Assembly (NCBI GenBank): GCA_043228905.1
Contig: JBHGNT010001195.1
Location: forward strand, 1-11,091
DNA: 11,091 nucleotides
Source of the DNA: Azolla caroliniana
Taxonomy: Eukaryota; Plantae; Polypodiophyta
Direction of reading: 5' to 3'
Below, in pieces: positions 8,064 through 11,091 of this stretch. The position numbers and the translations under genes are program-made. How positions within the stretch are numbered: the first letter of the stretch is position 1; every line of letters begins with the position of its first letter. The notes beneath the pieces are model-generated. The model saw only the letters and a list, made by a program, of their open reading frames with translations. It searched no databases and was not told the origin of the DNA.

Positions 8064-8276
8064 ACTTTTGAGGTATTTACAAATACAACATCAATAGGCT
8101 CACAATGGAACATATTTACACATATGTCCTTGGATCCGATTCACACTAGATCTATTTGGATCCTTCCGGTCCGGTCCGGTTGCTGCACCCGGTCCGCTTC
8201 CTTTCTTCGGATCGTCCCATCCGGTTAATACGGTTCTCATCTGGATCCCATCCGGAGGGACCGAATTCCCAACAAA

Positions 8277-8286
8277 CTCCCCCTTT
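8277..8286 (-). other. Polypurine tract AAAGGGGGAG
   Basis: Canonical Copia PPT, overlapping the pol stop codon and 2 nt upstream of the LTR TG. Confidence 0.92.
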
Positions 8287-10844
8287 ACTCTAGCATGGGA
8301 TTTCTCGTTAGTTCGATTCGTCTCCTGCACATGTCCAGTTTGTCGGCTGATAGCACCTTGGTCAGCATATCCGACCCATTCTCCTCCGTGTGGATCTTCG
8401 TCAGCGCGAAATCTTGAACTTCTACTCTCTCTTGGATCCAGTTGTACCTTCGCTGGATGTGCTTTGTCCGGGAATGGTAGGCCTCATTCTTCGCAAGATG
8501 GATGGCACTTTGACTGTTGCAGTAGAGCCAGAATTCTTTTCTACTGGATCCCTAGCTCTCCGATGAAGTCCTTCATCCAGATTACCTCCTTGCCGGCTTC
8601 CACAACTGCCATGTACTCCGCTTCCATTGTCGACAGTGCAAAAGACTTCTGTAGTCTCGACTACCACGATACGGCTCCCCCTGCATAGGTGATGGCATAT
8701 CCAGATGTAGACCGGCTAGTATCTACATAAACTGACATATCTGAATCTGTGAATCTGTCAAGTTGGGTTTTCCCGGAGCCAAACTGGAGGCACATACTCG
8801 AGGTGTGTTTTAGGTACCGGAGTATCCAATTGACCGCATTCCAGTGCTCTCTTCCCGGATTGCTCATGAACCAGCTGCCTACTCCGACAACATATGCAAT
8901 ATCGGGCCGGGTGCACACCATTGCATACATTAGGCTTCTGACTGTAGAGCCATATGGTATCCTCGTCATATCCGACTTCTTTACCTTTGTCTTCGGGCTC
9001 TGCTTTCTGGACAACTTGCAATTTGTTGGAACTGTCGATCCAACCAGTTTCGCCTCTGACATGTTGAACCTTTGAAGCACCTTTGTCACGTACTTCTCCT
9101 ATGACAGCCACAACAGCTTCTTCGACTGGTTCCGGATCATGTGCATCCCCAAAATCTGTCTTGTTGGACCCAAATCTTTCATTGAGAAGGTTCGGTTTAG
9201 AGCCTTCTTTAGCATTCGGATCTTGATTTGGTCTCGTTCGACGATCAACATGTCGTCCACATATAGTAAGAGTATCAGGAAGTCGCCTCCGTCAAATTTC
9301 TTCACAAACACGCAATGATCAGCTTGCGTCTTGTGGTACCCTTGGGCGGTCATGCAGGAGCTGAAATTTCGGTACCATTTCCGAGGAGTTTTCTTCAGTC
9401 TGTATAAGCTCTTCTTCAGCTGGCATACCAGGTACTCCTTCCCTTTCTTCACAGACCCTTCCGGTTGCTGCATGTAGATTTCTTCTTCGAGGTCACCATG
9501 GAGGAATGCCATCTTGACATCTAGTTTCTCTACCCCGAGGTTCATGCTTGCCGCTATGCTCAACACCGTCTGGATGGAGGTCATCTTGACTACCGGGGCA
9601 AAGATCTTGTCGAAATCCACCCCTTTCTTCTGTTGGAACCCCTTCACCACGATCCGGGCTCTGTACCTTGGTGGATTTCCGGCATCTCCCGGTTTCAACT
9701 TGTACACCCACTTGTTATGGAGTGCCCTCTTTCCTTTCGACAACTCCGTTAGTTCGTTTGTGTGGTTCTCATGCCGGGAATCCATCTCTTGCTGCATGGC
9801 ACTCAACGACTTGTGGTTGTGGGTGTCTTTCTTCGCTTTCTCGAAGCTTTCTGGTTCCCCCTTGTCGGTCAGCAACACATGTTCTACATCCGGAAATCTC
9901 CGGGGGGCGCTTCTCTCTATGGGAGGATATCTCTTACCGTGGTTTTCGGCAACCGGTTCCTCCATCTCTTCCGAATCTGAATCCGATTCAGGATCTTGTC
10001 TGGTTCTGATGTCTTCTTCCTCTTCTTCTTCTTCGTTTAGTTCAATTTCTTGTCCAAATCCGGTTGGTTCGTCGAGTGTCATCTAGTTTCCAACCGAGTA
10101 AGTCCTTATGTCCTCAAACCAATTTTTGCTGATCGATCCAAATTCCATCTTCTTCTTCTTCGACTCTAAGTCGACAATGTCCTTGTCTTCCATGAAGACT
10201 ATGTCTCGACTCTGGAACACCTTCTTGTCGACTAGATCCCACACCCGATAACTGAACTCATCATCGATGTATCCAAGAAATATGCATGGCCGGGACTTCG
10301 GGTCCAACTTTTCTCTCTTGTCCTTTGTGACATACATGTAAGCGACACACCAAAACACCTTTAGATACCGGTAAGACACGTCTTTACCGGTCCACACTCT
10401 TAGTGGTGTGTCTCCATCCAAGGGTACTGAGGGTGATCTGTTTATCATGTTGGTCGTCGTCATCGGCGTCTCAGCCCAAAATCTCTTGGGTAACTTGGCA
10501 TGTGCAAGCATGCTCCGGACTCTCTACATTATGGTCCGGTTCATTCGTTCGGCCAGCCTGTTTAGTTTCGGTGTATTCGGCACGGTAAATTCAAGTTGGA
10601 TTCCATTGGACCGGAAGTACTCCTCGAATTGCCCCTAGTATTCTCCTCCGTTATCTACTCGAACCGTCTTCAGCTTCCGACCGATTTCTCTTTCCACTCT
10701 CGCATGGAGCTCCTTGAAGATGGACAACACCTGATCCTTCGTCTTCAACGGTGAGATCCACATCTTCCAGCTGTGGTCATCTATGAACGTCACAAAGTAC
10801 TGCGATCCGGCATGTGACTTCGTGCCCGCTTGAAACATCGGTAT
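8285..10844 (-). pseudogene. pol: Copia pol remnant: integrase core, reverse transcriptase, RNase H
   Basis: ORFs 10635-10997 (3' part), 10083-10511, 9099-10082 and 8661-9089 share one frame, broken by TAG stops at 10635, 10524, 10083, 9099, 8661 and 8541. A +1 frameshift in the run at 8537-8540 restores KEFWLYCNSQSAIHLAKNEAYHSRTKHI...NPMLE* (TAA 8287-8285). The RNase H catalytic Asp (CD) now reads CN. Confidence 0.96.
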
Positions 10845-11091
10845 TATTAGAGATCTAAGTACTAAAGTAAACTTAAGATAAGGATAAACAAATGATAGAT
10901 AGAAAGGAGAAAGAGAAAGAAGGGTGTCGATCCACCCGACCACCCCTGTGCGAAGGGATCGAGACGGACTCGAGCCTCGATCCGCGTCCCATACCACCGC
11001 CTTGGCGTCGAGTCGTACCTGGTGCTTGCGCGCTCGCTACAAGAGTTGACCCACCACACGAGCAGAGTCTCGATGTAGTCAAAAGATGATT
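10845..11091. mobile_element. Non-Copia-pol sequence interrupting the integrase; probably the end of a nested LTR
   Basis: Integrase similarity stops at the (H)TDV motif (plus-strand atcggtat, 10837-10844). The next bases TATTAGAG resemble a mutated TGTTAGAG LTR terminus, and GA-rich then CpG-rich non-coding sequence follows. An alternative junction is TG at 10831. Confidence 0.55.

Larger units (their letters stand above)
7649..8274 (-). mobile_element. 3' LTR of the Copia element (626 bp, TGTTGG...CTCTCA)
   Basis: Begins TG 2 nt after the PPT and ends CA exactly where the satellite stops. Contains TATA boxes and a GC-rich U3. Confidence 0.88.
7649..10844 (-). mobile_element. Ty1/Copia LTR retrotransposon, Tnt1/Tto1-like (Tork lineage); 3' portion
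   Basis: Domain order INT-RT-RH, then PPT and a TG...CA LTR. Motifs YFVTFIDD, DNGGEY, KLDPKSRPCIFLGY, LLLYVDDML, YAMVCTRPDIAY, HSRTKHI, NGSDMLTK. Confidence 0.95.

Noticed and set aside
7580-8071. ORFs with poly-HT or poly-CV tracts suggesting metal-binding proteins
   Set aside because: Translations of the (GT)38 tract inside an LTR.
9514-10086. 190-aa plus-strand ORF and other antisense ORFs over the Copia pol (8749-9075, 9668-10009, 10408-10638)
   Set aside because: Shadow frames antisense to RT/INT codons, with no recognisable motifs.

Overview
Gene-free, repeat-dense eukaryotic DNA, almost certainly land-plant heterochromatin; a bryophyte/fern-type host is a guess I cannot confirm. Left to right: (1) a probable minus-strand LTR fragment (1-348); (2) a decayed plus-strand Ty3/Gypsy non-chromovirus element with RT-connection/RNase H/integrase (744-2612) and a separate decayed accessory ORF in the env position (3025-4057); (3) a non-coding block with a (TC)18 tract, two families of degenerate tandem repeats and one exon-like island; (4) an 84-bp satellite arranged as A/B 168-bp dimers (about 6460-7648) with two recent rearrangements; (5) a minus-strand Ty1/Copia (Tnt1/Tto1-like, Tork lineage) element inserted into that satellite, with a 626-bp 3' LTR, PPT and pseudogenised pol (7649-10844); (6) an unrelated LTR-like sequence interrupting the Copia integrase (about 10845-end). 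No intact host gene, RNA gene or CRISPR array is visible. I cannot demonstrate a new biological system here. The best leads are the accessory ORF with its candidate RY+ABRE internal promoter, the 42/84/168-bp satellite hierarchy with a fold-back-templated duplication, and possible satellite-targeted Copia insertion.
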